64,000 bases of DNA from a virus, in IMG/VR virus record IMGVR_UViG_3300037423_000600, positions 32,001 through 96,000 of that record; one strand, written 5' to 3'. The stretch's first letter is position 1; each line of letters starts with the position of its first letter. Both the position numbers and the translations under genes were made by a program. The notes under the pieces were generated by a model. It was given only the letters and a program-made list of their open reading frames with translations. It had not been told where the DNA came from and searched no databases. Shown here piece by piece: positions 39,349 through 47,833 of the stretch.

Positions 39349-40305
39349 ATGGAAAGAAAGTACCTTGTTAAAAAGGACCCTCATGACCATCGGGACTTTG
39401 TATACGCGGCTCCGCGCCTTAAGGCTCTGCCGCCTTATGTTGACCTCCGGGGATTAATGTCCCCGGTTTTCAACCAGTTGAATATTGGGGCGTGTCTCCC
39501 CTCTTCGATTGCTCGGGGCCTTAGGGAACACTACATGATTGCCAACGGCCAGAAGTACGTTCCTCTTGCTACCATGTATCTTTACTACAAAATTCGTGAA
39601 TTGGAAGGTACAATTAACGAGGATGCAGGTGGATACATCCGGGATGGCATGAAGGCGGCGACCACCATTGGCATCTGTCCGGAAGCCCTTTGGCCGTATA
39701 TAACCAGCAAGTTCACACAAAAACCTCCGGCGGAGGCAGACGCAGCGGCGGTAGCGTACAAGCTGGATTCCTACTACCGGGTGTATGGCCTGACGAACAT
39801 CAAGACGGTCTTGGCGGAAGGAAAGCCAGTAGTTATGGGCATCGCCATTTACACATCGTTCGAGTCGCAAGCGGTGGCAGATACCGGGGTTGTACCTCTT
39901 CCGGATAAGGCTAAAGAGGAGTTCCTTGGCGGCCACGCTGTTTTAGCTGTCGGCTACGACGATACCAAGAAGCGGCTGATTGTCCGGAACTCGTGGGGCC
40001 CGGAATGGGGAGACAAAGGGTACTTCTACCTCTCCTACGATTTTGTCGAGGACTCCAACCTCGTGTGGGATACATGGGTCGGGGAGTATACGGCTCCTGT
40101 GCCAACGAATCCGTGGGATGGTATCACCGTGTCGGAGGCCATTGATTACCTTACGGGGCTCTCCTTCTCGGACGGACAACCTGTATCCGACTCCCCGGAC
40201 TTTTGGAAGAACCTTGTGGCGAAATACCCGGAGGAGGGCGACTCGGACTTCCGTTACTTCGGCCTCTTCCTCCGTAAGCTGGCGGCGAAAATGCAGGGCA
40301 AATAA
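39349..40305 (+). CDS. papain-family (C1A) cysteine peptidase
   Basis: Q..IGAC, GGHAV.AVGY, VRNSWG..WG..GYF. Confidence 0.9.
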   Translation: MERKYLVKKDPHDHRDFVYAAPRLKALPPYVDLRGLMSPVFNQLNIGACLPSSIARGLREHYMIANGQKYVPLATMYLYYKIRELEGTINEDAGGYIRDGMKAATTIGICPEALWPYITSKFTQKPPAEADAAAVAYKLDSYYRVYGLTNIKTVLAEGKPVVMGIAIYTSFESQAVADTGVVPLPDKAKEEFLGGHAVLAVGYDDTKKRLIVRNSWGPEWGDKGYFYLSYDFVEDSNLVWDTWVGEYTAPVPTNPWDGITVSEAIDYLTGLSFSDGQPVSDSPDFWKNLVAKYPEEGDSDFRYFGLFLRKLAAKMQGK

Positions 40306-40332
40306 CATCACGACTACTAGGAGGCGTACATC

Positions 40333-40974
40333 ATGAGTGACATCACAATCACAGTCAACCCGGACAGTCCTCTTTACAACTTGGCCTTGTATGTTCAGAA
40401 GTTGGAGCAGGAACAGGAAGCCAGTAAAGGGACGGAGAGCCTTCTCCGTTCCCAACTGGCGGCCACGATTGAACAGGTGGAGAACTTGAATGCTTTACTG
40501 GCCGATGCCAACGCGAAACTTTACGACCTTACTACTCCGGCGTGGAAGAAAGCGGCGGACCGGGTTATCCGGATGGCTTTAGCCCTCGTAGATGAGAATG
40601 CGGCTTCCGGCTACACGAAGTACCCTTACGACTTCGGCGGGAATCCTAAATTGGATTCGGCCGGGAATCTCATTGGAGGGACGTTTGACTGTTCTTCCTT
40701 TACGAAGTATCTCTTTGGGAAGGAAGGCATCATCCTACCCCGGACATCCCTTTCTCAATCCTCGACAGGGACTTTGGTGGCCTATTCGGACCTCCGGCCT
40801 TTGGATAGGATTCACTTCGATACGGATAAGGACGGCAAGGTAAACCACGTAGGTATCTACATGGGGAATGGGCAAATGGTCCACTCGAATCCTTCCGGCA
40901 AGGGTCCAAATGTCGTTGCTTTAGCCGGATATTGGGAGTCGCGTTTTGTAAATGCCCGCCGGGATATTGGATAA
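40333..40974 (+). CDS. NlpC/P60 (C40) peptidase with N-terminal coiled coil
   Basis: FDCSSF, LPRTS..Q, HVGIY.G.G.MVH. Confidence 0.9.
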   Translation: MSDITITVNPDSPLYNLALYVQKLEQEQEASKGTESLLRSQLAATIEQVENLNALLADANAKLYDLTTPAWKKAADRVIRMALALVDENAASGYTKYPYDFGGNPKLDSAGNLIGGTFDCSSFTKYLFGKEGIILPRTSLSQSSTGTLVAYSDLRPLDRIHFDTDKDGKVNHVGIYMGNGQMVHSNPSGKGPNVVALAGYWESRFVNARRDIG

Positions 40975-41169
40975 AACTGATGTCTATTACATCTTTTATG
41001 TGGTAGAATAGAGTCAAAGAATGCTCACACCAAGGCCCGAGACATCGATTTCTAAAGCTGTCTCGGGCTTTTATGTAGATATAGATGCTCAAGCATACCC
41101 GGCCGTGATATTGAATTTATCTTGAACTATATTTGTGAGGAGGATTCGTTATGTGAGGGAGTGATTGTC

Positions 41170-41598
41170 GTGCAGAAAACGGACTCTATTTATCAAATCA
41201 TCTTAGGTTCAGTATGGGCGTTATTTATTTATCTTGTTGGTGGAATCGACAAATTATTTATCGCCTGCACCATCTTGATTGTTCTGGACTACGTAACCGG
41301 GTTTCTCTCGGCATGGTACAGGAAAGAACTCATCAGCCGTACGGCATGGTTTGGCCTTTTGCGGAAAGGTCTGATGTTGGTTCCTATGATTGTGGCTAAT
41401 CAGGTGGACCTTATCTCTGGCATAGAGAACAGCCATTATGCCCGGAACGCCATGATGTTCTTTATTATCGCCACGGAAGGGACGAGCATATTTGAACACC
41501 TTGGAAAATTGGGGCTCAAGTATCCAAAATTCATTATTGAGTCTCTTACAAAACTCCGAGGCGATACGGGCCAGCGGCGGCGGAAAACTGACAGATAG
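41170..41598 (+). CDS. holin (phage holin 4 / toxin secretion family)
   Basis: LDYVTG, RK.L, E..SI.E.L..LG motifs, TM segments. Confidence 0.85.
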   Translation: MQKTDSIYQIILGSVWALFIYLVGGIDKLFIACTILIVLDYVTGFLSAWYRKELISRTAWFGLLRKGLMLVPMIVANQVDLISGIENSHYARNAMMFFIIATEGTSIFEHLGKLGLKYPKFIIESLTKLRGDTGQRRRKTDR

Positions 41599-41607
41599 GA
41601 GGGCTCT

Positions 41608-42468
41608 TTGATGCCTACAGCAATAAGACTCGGGATTGATTGCGGGACCGCACTTACGGCAATTACAGCACGAGCGTTTAAATCCCAAGGCTCTCAATTC
41701 GTTGGGAGGTATGTGAAGCCGAACTCTTGGAAGTCCTTAAAAGCGTCTGAGGTTCCGAATATTTTAGCGGAGGGGTTATGGATTCTTCCGGTATATGAAC
41801 GGACGGCAGACCGGACTAAAGGCGGGGCGGGCGCGGGAAAGGTAGACGGTAAAGAGGCATTTGATTACTGTGTCGCTTTAGGTATCCCTCAAGGCATAGC
41901 CGTTTACTTTGCGGTGGATTATGACGCGCCTACCTCGGAGTTTAATAACATCGAGGCTTATCTCCGGGCGGCGGCCGCCCAAATGACCGGGTACAAAATT
42001 GGAGTGTACGGCTCTTACTCGGTAGTTGAGGAAATGGCGGCCCGGGGCGCGGCGGAGTTCTTTTGGCAGACTCTCGCGTGGAGTAAAGGTAAAATCTCGG
42101 AACATGCGAATGTCTACCAAAAGCAAATCGACGTTACAGTAAATGGCATCGGCGTGGATTGGAACGACCAATTCAGCTATGCCGGGATGTGGGGCGAACC
42201 TATTCCCGCTCCAACTATCATCGTAGAAGAAAGGGATGACGACAATATGCCGATTCAAGCACCGGATTGGGTATGGGGACAAATGTACAATATCATTGGG
42301 GACGCGTATAACAAGGACCTTGTGGGTTGGGAGTGGTGTCAGAAGGTCCTCGACCGTACCATGACCTCTTGGGAGTATGCTCACATTTTGGCGGTGATTG
42401 AGTCCAAGAAAGCCGGACTTAACGTGGATGCAAAGAATGACGCTTGGAAAAAACCCGAGGAAAGGTAG
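41608..42468 (+). CDS. endolysin, DUF1906/GH25-like glycoside hydrolase
   Basis: G.D, FVGRY, YFAVDYD, GVYGS, WQT.AWS motifs; lies between two holins. Confidence 0.85.
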   Translation: MMPTAIRLGIDCGTALTAITARAFKSQGSQFVGRYVKPNSWKSLKASEVPNILAEGLWILPVYERTADRTKGGAGAGKVDGKEAFDYCVALGIPQGIAVYFAVDYDAPTSEFNNIEAYLRAAAAQMTGYKIGVYGSYSVVEEMAARGAAEFFWQTLAWSKGKISEHANVYQKQIDVTVNGIGVDWNDQFSYAGMWGEPIPAPTIIVEERDDDNMPIQAPDWVWGQMYNIIGDAYNKDLVGWEWCQKVLDRTMTSWEYAHILAVIESKKAGLNVDAKNDAWKKPEER

Positions 42469-42477
42469 GAATCAACT

Positions 42478-42708
42478 ATGGATACTGGAAGCGTAGTACG
42501 GACCCTTCTTCTCGTCGTTACCTTGGTCAATCAGGTCTTAACGGTTTCCGGCCACACGCCTATCCCTTTAGGGGAGGCGGAGGCAAACGCCCTTAGTGTG
42601 TCGGCTACCGTCATTGTGTCCTTATGGACGTGGTGGAAGAACAACTACATCAGCAAAAAGGGCTTGTTACAGAAGGAAGTTCTAAAGGACCATGGCCTTA
42701 CAAAATGA
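42478..42708 (+). CDS. SPP1-family holin
   Basis: MD.G...RT..L...L.NQ.L...G..P.P, W.WWKNN.I. Confidence 0.9.
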   Translation: MDTGSVVRTLLLVVTLVNQVLTVSGHTPIPLGEAEANALSVSATVIVSLWTWWKNNYISKKGLLQKEVLKDHGLTK

Positions 42709-42738
42709 TTGACAAGCCTATCAAATACGTAATATAAT
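42709..42738 (+). promoter_or_regulatory. sigmaA promoter
   Basis: TTGACA-N18-TATAAT. Confidence 0.75.
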
Positions 42739-42744
42739 AGGTAT

Positions 42745-42890
42745 AAGTTGGTAGGGAAGGAACTAGGCCCGGAACTATCAAGCCTTGAGGTACTTCCTGT
42801 AGGAGGGGCGCACCTTGGGGTTAGCCCCCGACCCCATGCGGAGGAAATAGCATGTGTGTGGCCCCGAGCAAATTCGGGGCTCCATTTATT
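42745..42890 (+). ncRNA. structured leader or small RNA upstream of the queD operon
   Basis: No credible ORF; nested stems and a terminal GCCCCGA/TCGGGGC hairpin. Confidence 0.45.
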
Positions 42891-42905
42891 TAAGGGGAGG
42901 ACATC

Positions 42906-42998
42906 ATGAACCACTTCTTTGCTATCTCCTTGGCGGCGGCCGTGTTCATAGCTGTACTTCTTTGTGCCACCGTTTTTATGATGTGGTATCACGTATAA
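42906..42998 (+). CDS. 30 aa hydrophobic peptide
   Basis: RBS GGGGAGG; MNHFFAISLAAAVFIAVLLCATVFMMWYHV. Confidence 0.5.
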   Translation: MNHFFAISLAAAVFIAVLLCATVFMMWYHV

Positions 42999-43019
42999 AT
43001 TTCACTAGGAGGACTCGAA

Positions 43020-43496
43020 ATGCCGGACTTCGACTTTAGGATTGTAGACCGATTGCAGGAGTATGACAAGGACATCAAGTTTGAACAATTACGTTATCAT
43101 CGTAAACGGGTAATGGTGTCTAAAGAGTTTACTTTCGACTCCGCCCACCATTTACACGCTTATGAAGGGAAGTGTAAAAACCTCCACGGTCACACCTATA
43201 AGGTGGTCTTTGGGATATCCGCTACCACGGATTCTATCGGTTTGGCGGTGGATTTTGGGGATATTAAGGAACTATGGAAATCCCAAATCGAACCCTATTT
43301 GGACCATCGTTACCTGAACGAAACCCTTCCGCCGATGAATACCACAGCGGAAAACATGGTCTACTGGATTTTCGAGCAGATGGAAAACGCCCTTAAGACC
43401 TCCAATATCAACGGTACTCGTCAACCCCGTGTGGAGTTCGTTCGGTTGTTTGAAACCCCAACATCTTACGCCGAATTTCGGCGGGAATGGTTATAA
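43020..43496 (+). CDS. queD: 6-carboxy-5,6,7,8-tetrahydropterin synthase
   Basis: KEFTFDSAHHL, C.NLHGHTY, DFG.IK, LDHRYLN, TTAEN, L.ETPTS. Confidence 0.93.
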   Translation: MPDFDFRIVDRLQEYDKDIKFEQLRYHRKRVMVSKEFTFDSAHHLHAYEGKCKNLHGHTYKVVFGISATTDSIGLAVDFGDIKELWKSQIEPYLDHRYLNETLPPMNTTAENMVYWIFEQMENALKTSNINGTRQPRVEFVRLFETPTSYAEFRREWL

Positions 43497-43508
43497 GGAG
43501 GACTACTC

Positions 43509-44189
43509 TTGAAGCAAATAGCAAAAGACATTCTAAAAGAAATGGCAGTTGAACCCCGGATTGCGTCTATGGTAAAGGTATCGAAGCATTATGATGGCCC
43601 GCCGGAGTCCTATATAAAATCAGACCTCGCACATAAAATGGCAGAACACATCAAGGATAAAATGAGATACACCGTGGAGGAAAGAGGAGAGTTTCAGGAG
43701 CCCGGCTTACTTCGATTCCAAGACGACACATACACCCACCGGGCGGAACTTATCGTCTTTAGCCCGGAGGAATTTAATCGCTTCGTGGCCCGGCTTTGGG
43801 CATCGGCTACCGGAACGGCTGTCGTGGACTTGGATGATGAAGAAGGCGTAGAGCCTAAAGACGTAACTCAGCACGTAGGCCATGCGCTTTGTGCTTGTTC
43901 TTCCTGTCGTTATGCTAAAGGCGGGAACATGATTCAGATTCCCTTCCTCCCGCCGATGGAGTTCCACCGTCTTATTCTGGATGGCGACGAAGCTCCGGGG
44001 CCGGAGGAAATGGTATCCTATGAAACGTACCGCTTTGAACTCAATAGGGTAGCCACAGGATTCAAACATGAATACGTTTATCGATACACGCTTGTCCCCG
44101 GACAGAAGCTTTCGGTGGCGGCCCGGATGAAGTTTATCAAGGAGTTTGGAGCCATCCACCTTGAGCCTGTAAAGTACCAATGGAGGTAA
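43509..44189 (+). CDS. hypothetical protein
   Basis: RBS AAGGAGG, TTG start. Confidence 0.7.
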   Translation: MKQIAKDILKEMAVEPRIASMVKVSKHYDGPPESYIKSDLAHKMAEHIKDKMRYTVEERGEFQEPGLLRFQDDTYTHRAELIVFSPEEFNRFVARLWASATGTAVVDLDDEEGVEPKDVTQHVGHALCACSSCRYAKGGNMIQIPFLPPMEFHRLILDGDEAPGPEEMVSYETYRFELNRVATGFKHEYVYRYTLVPGQKLSVAARMKFIKEFGAIHLEPVKYQWR

Positions 44190-44193
44190 TCTG

Positions 44194-44562
44194 ATGGATA
44201 GAATCAGCGTATGGGACTTGGCAAAGAGTTTTGAATCGGAAGCCATCATCAAGAGTACCTTTGATTCTGTCCCCAAGGTTCCCGGCGAAACGGCCCGATA
44301 TATTTTCACGGAGCCCGCCTTTAGGTCCTTTGATTATGCAATCAACTTCGCCTTTGTGATTAAGGTTGGGACTACGGAGTATGTATCCCATAAAGCAATC
44401 GCTTTTGACCGGGTGGTTCATCTGAACAAATGGGAGCACGTTCATGAGAAGATGGACGAACTCTATGAAGATATGAAGTCACAACTAAAGGCAGACGGCC
44501 TCTTATATTATGAGAAGCGGACGGAGCCTGAGAAGCTACCGGATTGGTTGGTGAGGCCATGA
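44194..44562 (+). CDS. hypothetical protein
   Basis: RBS GGAGG. Confidence 0.7.
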   Translation: MDRISVWDLAKSFESEAIIKSTFDSVPKVPGETARYIFTEPAFRSFDYAINFAFVIKVGTTEYVSHKAIAFDRVVHLNKWEHVHEKMDELYEDMKSQLKADGLLYYEKRTEPEKLPDWLVRP

Positions 44563-44733
44563 TTGGAGTCCTTCGTCAATTCGCAGAAGGTGTCGGCTAT
44601 GTAACGATAGGAACGTACCTTTGGATTATCTTATTCGGCGGCCGGGTAAGAGTGCAGTATTACAACCCACTTCGTTTCTTTAAGAAGGGATATTCGCCCG
44701 ATAAGGAAGAATAGGTATCTGGAGGGATGTAAA

Positions 44734-45033
44734 ATGAGTGAACCATTTGATTACGGCAAGAAGCTTCCGGACGGACAGCACGAACGACATCCGGTAAACA
44801 CGGAAGGCGAATACGTCGCCCCTATCCGCCGCACGTATTTACATAAGTGCGGGGCCTCTACTAAAGTCGGAACGGCTATTGCGGAAACCTATGGAAAGAA
44901 TCCTCAGATGTATGGCCGGACCTTTTGTTGTGGCTGTCGGGATTATTTCCCGCTGTGGGAGTTTAAATGGGAGATTGATGGCGTAACGGTGGGCGAACTC
45001 GGCGGAGAGCCGGGAAAGAGATTGGAAGGTTAA
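44734..45033 (+). CDS. hypothetical zinc-binding protein
   Basis: H.CG..T, TFCCGC motifs; terminator 45035-45060. Confidence 0.7.
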   Translation: MSEPFDYGKKLPDGQHERHPVNTEGEYVAPIRRTYLHKCGASTKVGTAIAETYGKNPQMYGRTFCCGCRDYFPLWEFKWEIDGVTVGELGGEPGKRLEG

Positions 45034-45101
45034 AGGCACCCGAAAGGGTGTCTTTTCTTTGGTATATATACCTACTACATAGCCAGTTATTCAAAGTAGT
45101 G

Positions 45102-45129
45102 GTTTATACGGTATATATACCGTATAAAC
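45102..45129. repeat. perfect 28 bp palindrome
   Basis: GTTTATACGGTATATATACCGTATAAAC; core GGTATATATACC also at 45061-45072. Confidence 0.9.
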
Positions 45130-45135
45130 TGGCAC

Positions 45136-45215
45136 CTACTTAAGATTCTAAAGGAGCGGGTACTTAAGAAACTTAAGGAACAAAATACATATATTAAATA
45201 AAATAAAAACATTGT
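45136..45215. repeat. ~80 bp element, copy 2
   Basis: Closely similar to 16643-16721. Confidence 0.85.
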
Positions 45216-45232
45216 GGAAGGACGTGCTAAAG

Positions 45233-45646
45233 GTGAATTATCGACAGCATATGACGTTCGGCTTGGCTTTAGGGGCGGGGATTCAGTACATAGGACATAT
45301 CGGTTCTACGAACCTTTTCTCTATACCGTCATACTATGCAGGAGTGGCTTTAGGTTCTCTACTCCCGGATATCGACCATCCTCAATCGTTTCTCGGCCGC
45401 CGGATACCCATAATCCCGCAACTCATCTACGACGTATGGGGCCACAGGTCAATTACTCATTCCTTACTGGCCTTAACCACGCTAGGTATCGCTACGGCTT
45501 CGACACTACACTTTTCTCCTTACCTTCTCCTCGGGAATTTTATCGGGTATCTCTCACATTTACTCGGGGATATGCTGACCAAATCGGGCATCCCTTTATT
45601 TTGGCCGATAGAAAAGAAAAGGTACCGAATCGTCGCCATATTCTAA
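45233..45646 (+). CDS. membrane-bound metal-dependent hydrolase (YdjM/DUF457-like)
   Basis: GSLLPDIDHP.S, HRSITHS, GY.SHL.GD..T..G.P.FWP. Confidence 0.88.
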   Translation: MNYRQHMTFGLALGAGIQYIGHIGSTNLFSIPSYYAGVALGSLLPDIDHPQSFLGRRIPIIPQLIYDVWGHRSITHSLLALTTLGIATASTLHFSPYLLLGNFIGYLSHLLGDMLTKSGIPLFWPIEKKRYRIVAIF

Positions 45647-45829
45647 TTCCGGGAATACTGTAACCTAAGAGGCATACCATACCCAACCGCAGTTCGGCTG
45701 TTCCTCCGGGCCGATGCCGGAGTAGGTTGGGTATGCTTCTTCTATTTTGTAGGAAAGGAGGCATATGCGGGAATGGATGGACATAGTAATGGTAATAATG
45801 GTAGGACAATGAACGGGAGGGAAGATAAG

Positions 45830-46009
45830 ATGCAATTCCATATCTTTTCGGAGTACCAAAGTATTCATGATGAGGTATATACGTTTGACTCCAAGTATTA
45901 TGAGGAATTAAGGAGAGAAGCGGCTAAACTTGGGGCCAAATCCCGCCCGTCCGGAAACAATTTCCAAGGGCTCCGGTTGGTCGTTGACAATACGAAGAAA
46001 AAGCAGTAA
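45830..46009 (+). CDS. hypothetical protein
   Basis: RBS GGGAGGG; ends in LRLVVDN motif. Confidence 0.55.
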   Translation: MQFHIFSEYQSIHDEVYTFDSKYYEELRREAAKLGAKSRPSGNNFQGLRLVVDNTKKKQ

Positions 46010-46017
46010 TCTTTACT

Positions 46018-46162
46018 TGTGCGAGAAACCACCCAAGGCGGCAAACTTTAACAGGTGAGTTACTTCCGTTTATCGATGTGCCGAGAGTGCGCTAACACTA
46101 CGAAGCAGATAGGACCTACTGGCTATGCCCTAGGGCGTACGGCGGTAGGTTCTTTTCTTTTT
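46018..46162 (+). ncRNA. putative small RNA 1
   Basis: TTGACA-N17-TAATCT promoter at 45984-46012; long terminator hairpin 46104-46162; no ORF. Confidence 0.55.
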
Positions 46163-46185
46163 CCGCCGGGTATGGTATTATTTAC

Positions 46186-46302
46186 ATTGTCTCGTCATTG
46201 TTGGCGAGGAGAAATGAGATAGTATTGGCGTACTTCTAATTTTTCCTTGTCACGTTCCCGGAAAGCCTTTGACTGTATTGCCTAAACAGTCAAGGGGTTT
46301 TT
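46186..46302 (+). ncRNA. putative small RNA 2
   Basis: TGGTATTAT -10; 5' hairpin; terminator CCTTTGACTGT...ACAGTCAAGGGG plus T tract. Confidence 0.5.
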
Positions 46303-46334
46303 GCTTTTTTCCGGCGGCTATGGTAAGATGGTTT

Positions 46335-46520
46335 TACCTTAGTTCGTTGGCCGCCGGGATTGAAGAGTTCCGGCCGTATCCATCGAATACGTGTAGCTGG
46401 TGGGCTCTACGTGGTTATAAAGGTCAAAGGTTGTGCGCCTTGTTAAAACCATTGCCAATGGAACAGCCTTTATAAAGAAAACCCCTTTTCGCGTTCCACG
46501 CGGGGAGGGGTTTTTCTTTG
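46335..46520 (+). ncRNA. putative small RNA 3 (multi-branched)
   Basis: TTGCTT-N17-TAAGAT promoter; several hairpins; terminator AAACCCC...GGGGTTT. Confidence 0.55.
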
Positions 46521-46625
46521 CCTTTCGAGGGAGTAACCCCATAGTGTTATTCTTCGCCTGCCGGGTTATACTATAGATGTCGGGTTAGGAGCCCGGCAAA
46601 TCCTTTAGCGAAGGGCGGGAGACGG

Positions 46626-46745
46626 ATGAACTTGGATAACGTAAATATGGTGGACTATATGAGAGCCGAGCGGGAAGCAATTAAGCAGTTGGATAAATTC
46701 CACAGAGTCTTAGCTGAACTTTACCGTAGGGGTTGCCTCAAATGA
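46626..46745 (+). CDS. 39 aa hypothetical protein
   Basis: RBS GGGAG; ATGA overlap with next gene. Confidence 0.55.
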   Translation: MNLDNVNMVDYMRAEREAIKQLDKFHRVLAELYRRGCLK

Positions 46746-46969
46746 CCATCATCGACGTTATCGTGCAGGGCACCGTCTGGACCTTTGTTATTCTTGCCGG
46801 GTTATTCTCTAAACCCATTTGCTACGCTATCCGGGTTACCGCCCGCCATGAGCGGAAGAAAAAGAAAGCCCAAATCCGGGCGGCTTTAGCGGAACAACGG
46901 AAGGCGGAAAAAGCCGAACTCAAGGCACAAAAACAATACCAAAAACAACTACGAAAAGGGGCGTGTTAA
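46742..46969 (+). CDS. small membrane-anchored basic protein
   Basis: N-terminal TM segment, Lys/Arg-rich tail. Confidence 0.6.
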   Translation: MTIIDVIVQGTVWTFVILAGLFSKPICYAIRVTARHERKKKKAQIRAALAEQRKAEKAELKAQKQYQKQLRKGAC

Positions 46970-46971
46970 TT

Positions 46972-47166
46972 ATGGCGAAAAACCAAAAAGCAGTTCCTAC
47001 TCAACAGGTGAATCAGGTATTGGACCAAATGAAATATGAAATTGCCAGTGAACTTGGCATCCAAACAGGGGCAGACCAAACGGCCCGTAATAACGGTCGT
47101 GTCGGCGGGCAGATGACAAAAAGGCTGATTCAAATTGCTGAATCTACTATCGCTGGCGGCCGATAA
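46972..47166 (+). CDS. alpha/beta-type small acid-soluble spore protein (SASP)
   Basis: LDQMKYEIASELG and T.R.NG.VGG.MTKRL..IAE signatures. Confidence 0.92.
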   Translation: MAKNQKAVPTQQVNQVLDQMKYEIASELGIQTGADQTARNNGRVGGQMTKRLIQIAESTIAGGR

Positions 47167-47372
47167 TGGATGGAGAAAGTCTTTTGATGACAGGTATTTC
47201 CGTAATGTATGGGTTGTTTTTACTCGGAGCTATTTTCTTTATAGGTCGAACTTAAATGGTTAAATCCTTTCAAGATTATAGAAAAGAAAAATACCGTGGA
47301 TTCTGGCAATCATTTTGGGTCATTGTACTCCTTATTCTTTCCTTCCTCTTCTTTGCTTCTGAGGCCCCGTAA
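47166..47372 (+). CDS. two consecutive small membrane peptides (29 aa at 47166-47255; 38 aa at 47256-47372)
   Basis: Hand translation; each has one TM stretch; terminator follows. Confidence 0.4.
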
Positions 47373-47410
47373 AAGGGGTCTTTTTCTTTTTAAAAATTTT
47401 CGGCGGGGAC

Positions 47411-47442
47411 ACGCACCAAAATAGGCTCCGGCCCATACCTTA
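47411..47442 (+). promoter_or_regulatory. sigmaK-like sporulation promoter 1
   Basis: ACGCAC-N17-CATA-CCT-TA. Confidence 0.65.
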
Positions 47443-47472
47443 TTTACATAACGTTAACGGGGAGTGAAATCC

Positions 47473-47598
47473 ATGACGATTGGTGACGCTTTGCTGTGGA
47501 TAGCCAGCGCGTATATTTCGTGGAAATTCATCAAGGGAACGTGCAACATCGTTTCCACTATGGCGGAAGTCGGGCTCGAAAAGCTACGGCGGCTGTAA
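47473..47598 (+). CDS. 41 aa membrane peptide
   Basis: RBS GGGGAG; MTIGDALLWIASAYISWKFIKG... Confidence 0.55.
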   Translation: MTIGDALLWIASAYISWKFIKGTCNIVSTMAEVGLEKLRRL

Positions 47599-47620
47599 CG
47601 GGCGGGAGGAGGAAAGAACG

Positions 47621-47815
47621 ATGACGGAAACCCAAAAAGCAACACTGGAGAAAAGCTTAGAGACAGCTACCAAGGCGGTGAAGAAAATCCAAGATGAACT
47701 CAAGGCTTTAGAAATTCCCTTAACTCAACTCACGGTAAGAAAGACCGCTTTATGCATTGACCTCTTGGAGGCGGAAGTTCTGGAACTCAAAGAAGCATTT
47801 AACGCACGGCGATAA
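47621..47815 (+). CDS. coiled-coil hypothetical protein
   Basis: RBS GGAGGAGG. Confidence 0.7.
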   Translation: MTETQKATLEKSLETATKAVKKIQDELKALEIPLTQLTVRKTALCIDLLEAEVLELKEAFNARR

Positions 47816-47833
47816 CAATGGGAGCATACCCTA
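47802..47833 (+). promoter_or_regulatory. sigmaK-like sporulation promoter 2
   Basis: ACGCAC-N17-CATA-CCC-TA. Confidence 0.65.

Noticed and set aside
42745-43019. Canonical preQ1-I riboswitch before queD
   Set aside because: No short stem with the typical loop followed by an A-rich tail that I can identify; kept only as an unknown structured RNA
45102-45129. Firm call as a protelomerase telRL site
   Set aside because: No protelomerase or recombinase gene in the window; the resemblance is limited to short arms
46018-46162. c-di-GMP-I riboswitch (GGCAAAC seen)
   Set aside because: The GNRA/receptor stem and the downstream GCAAAGC/P3 elements are not present
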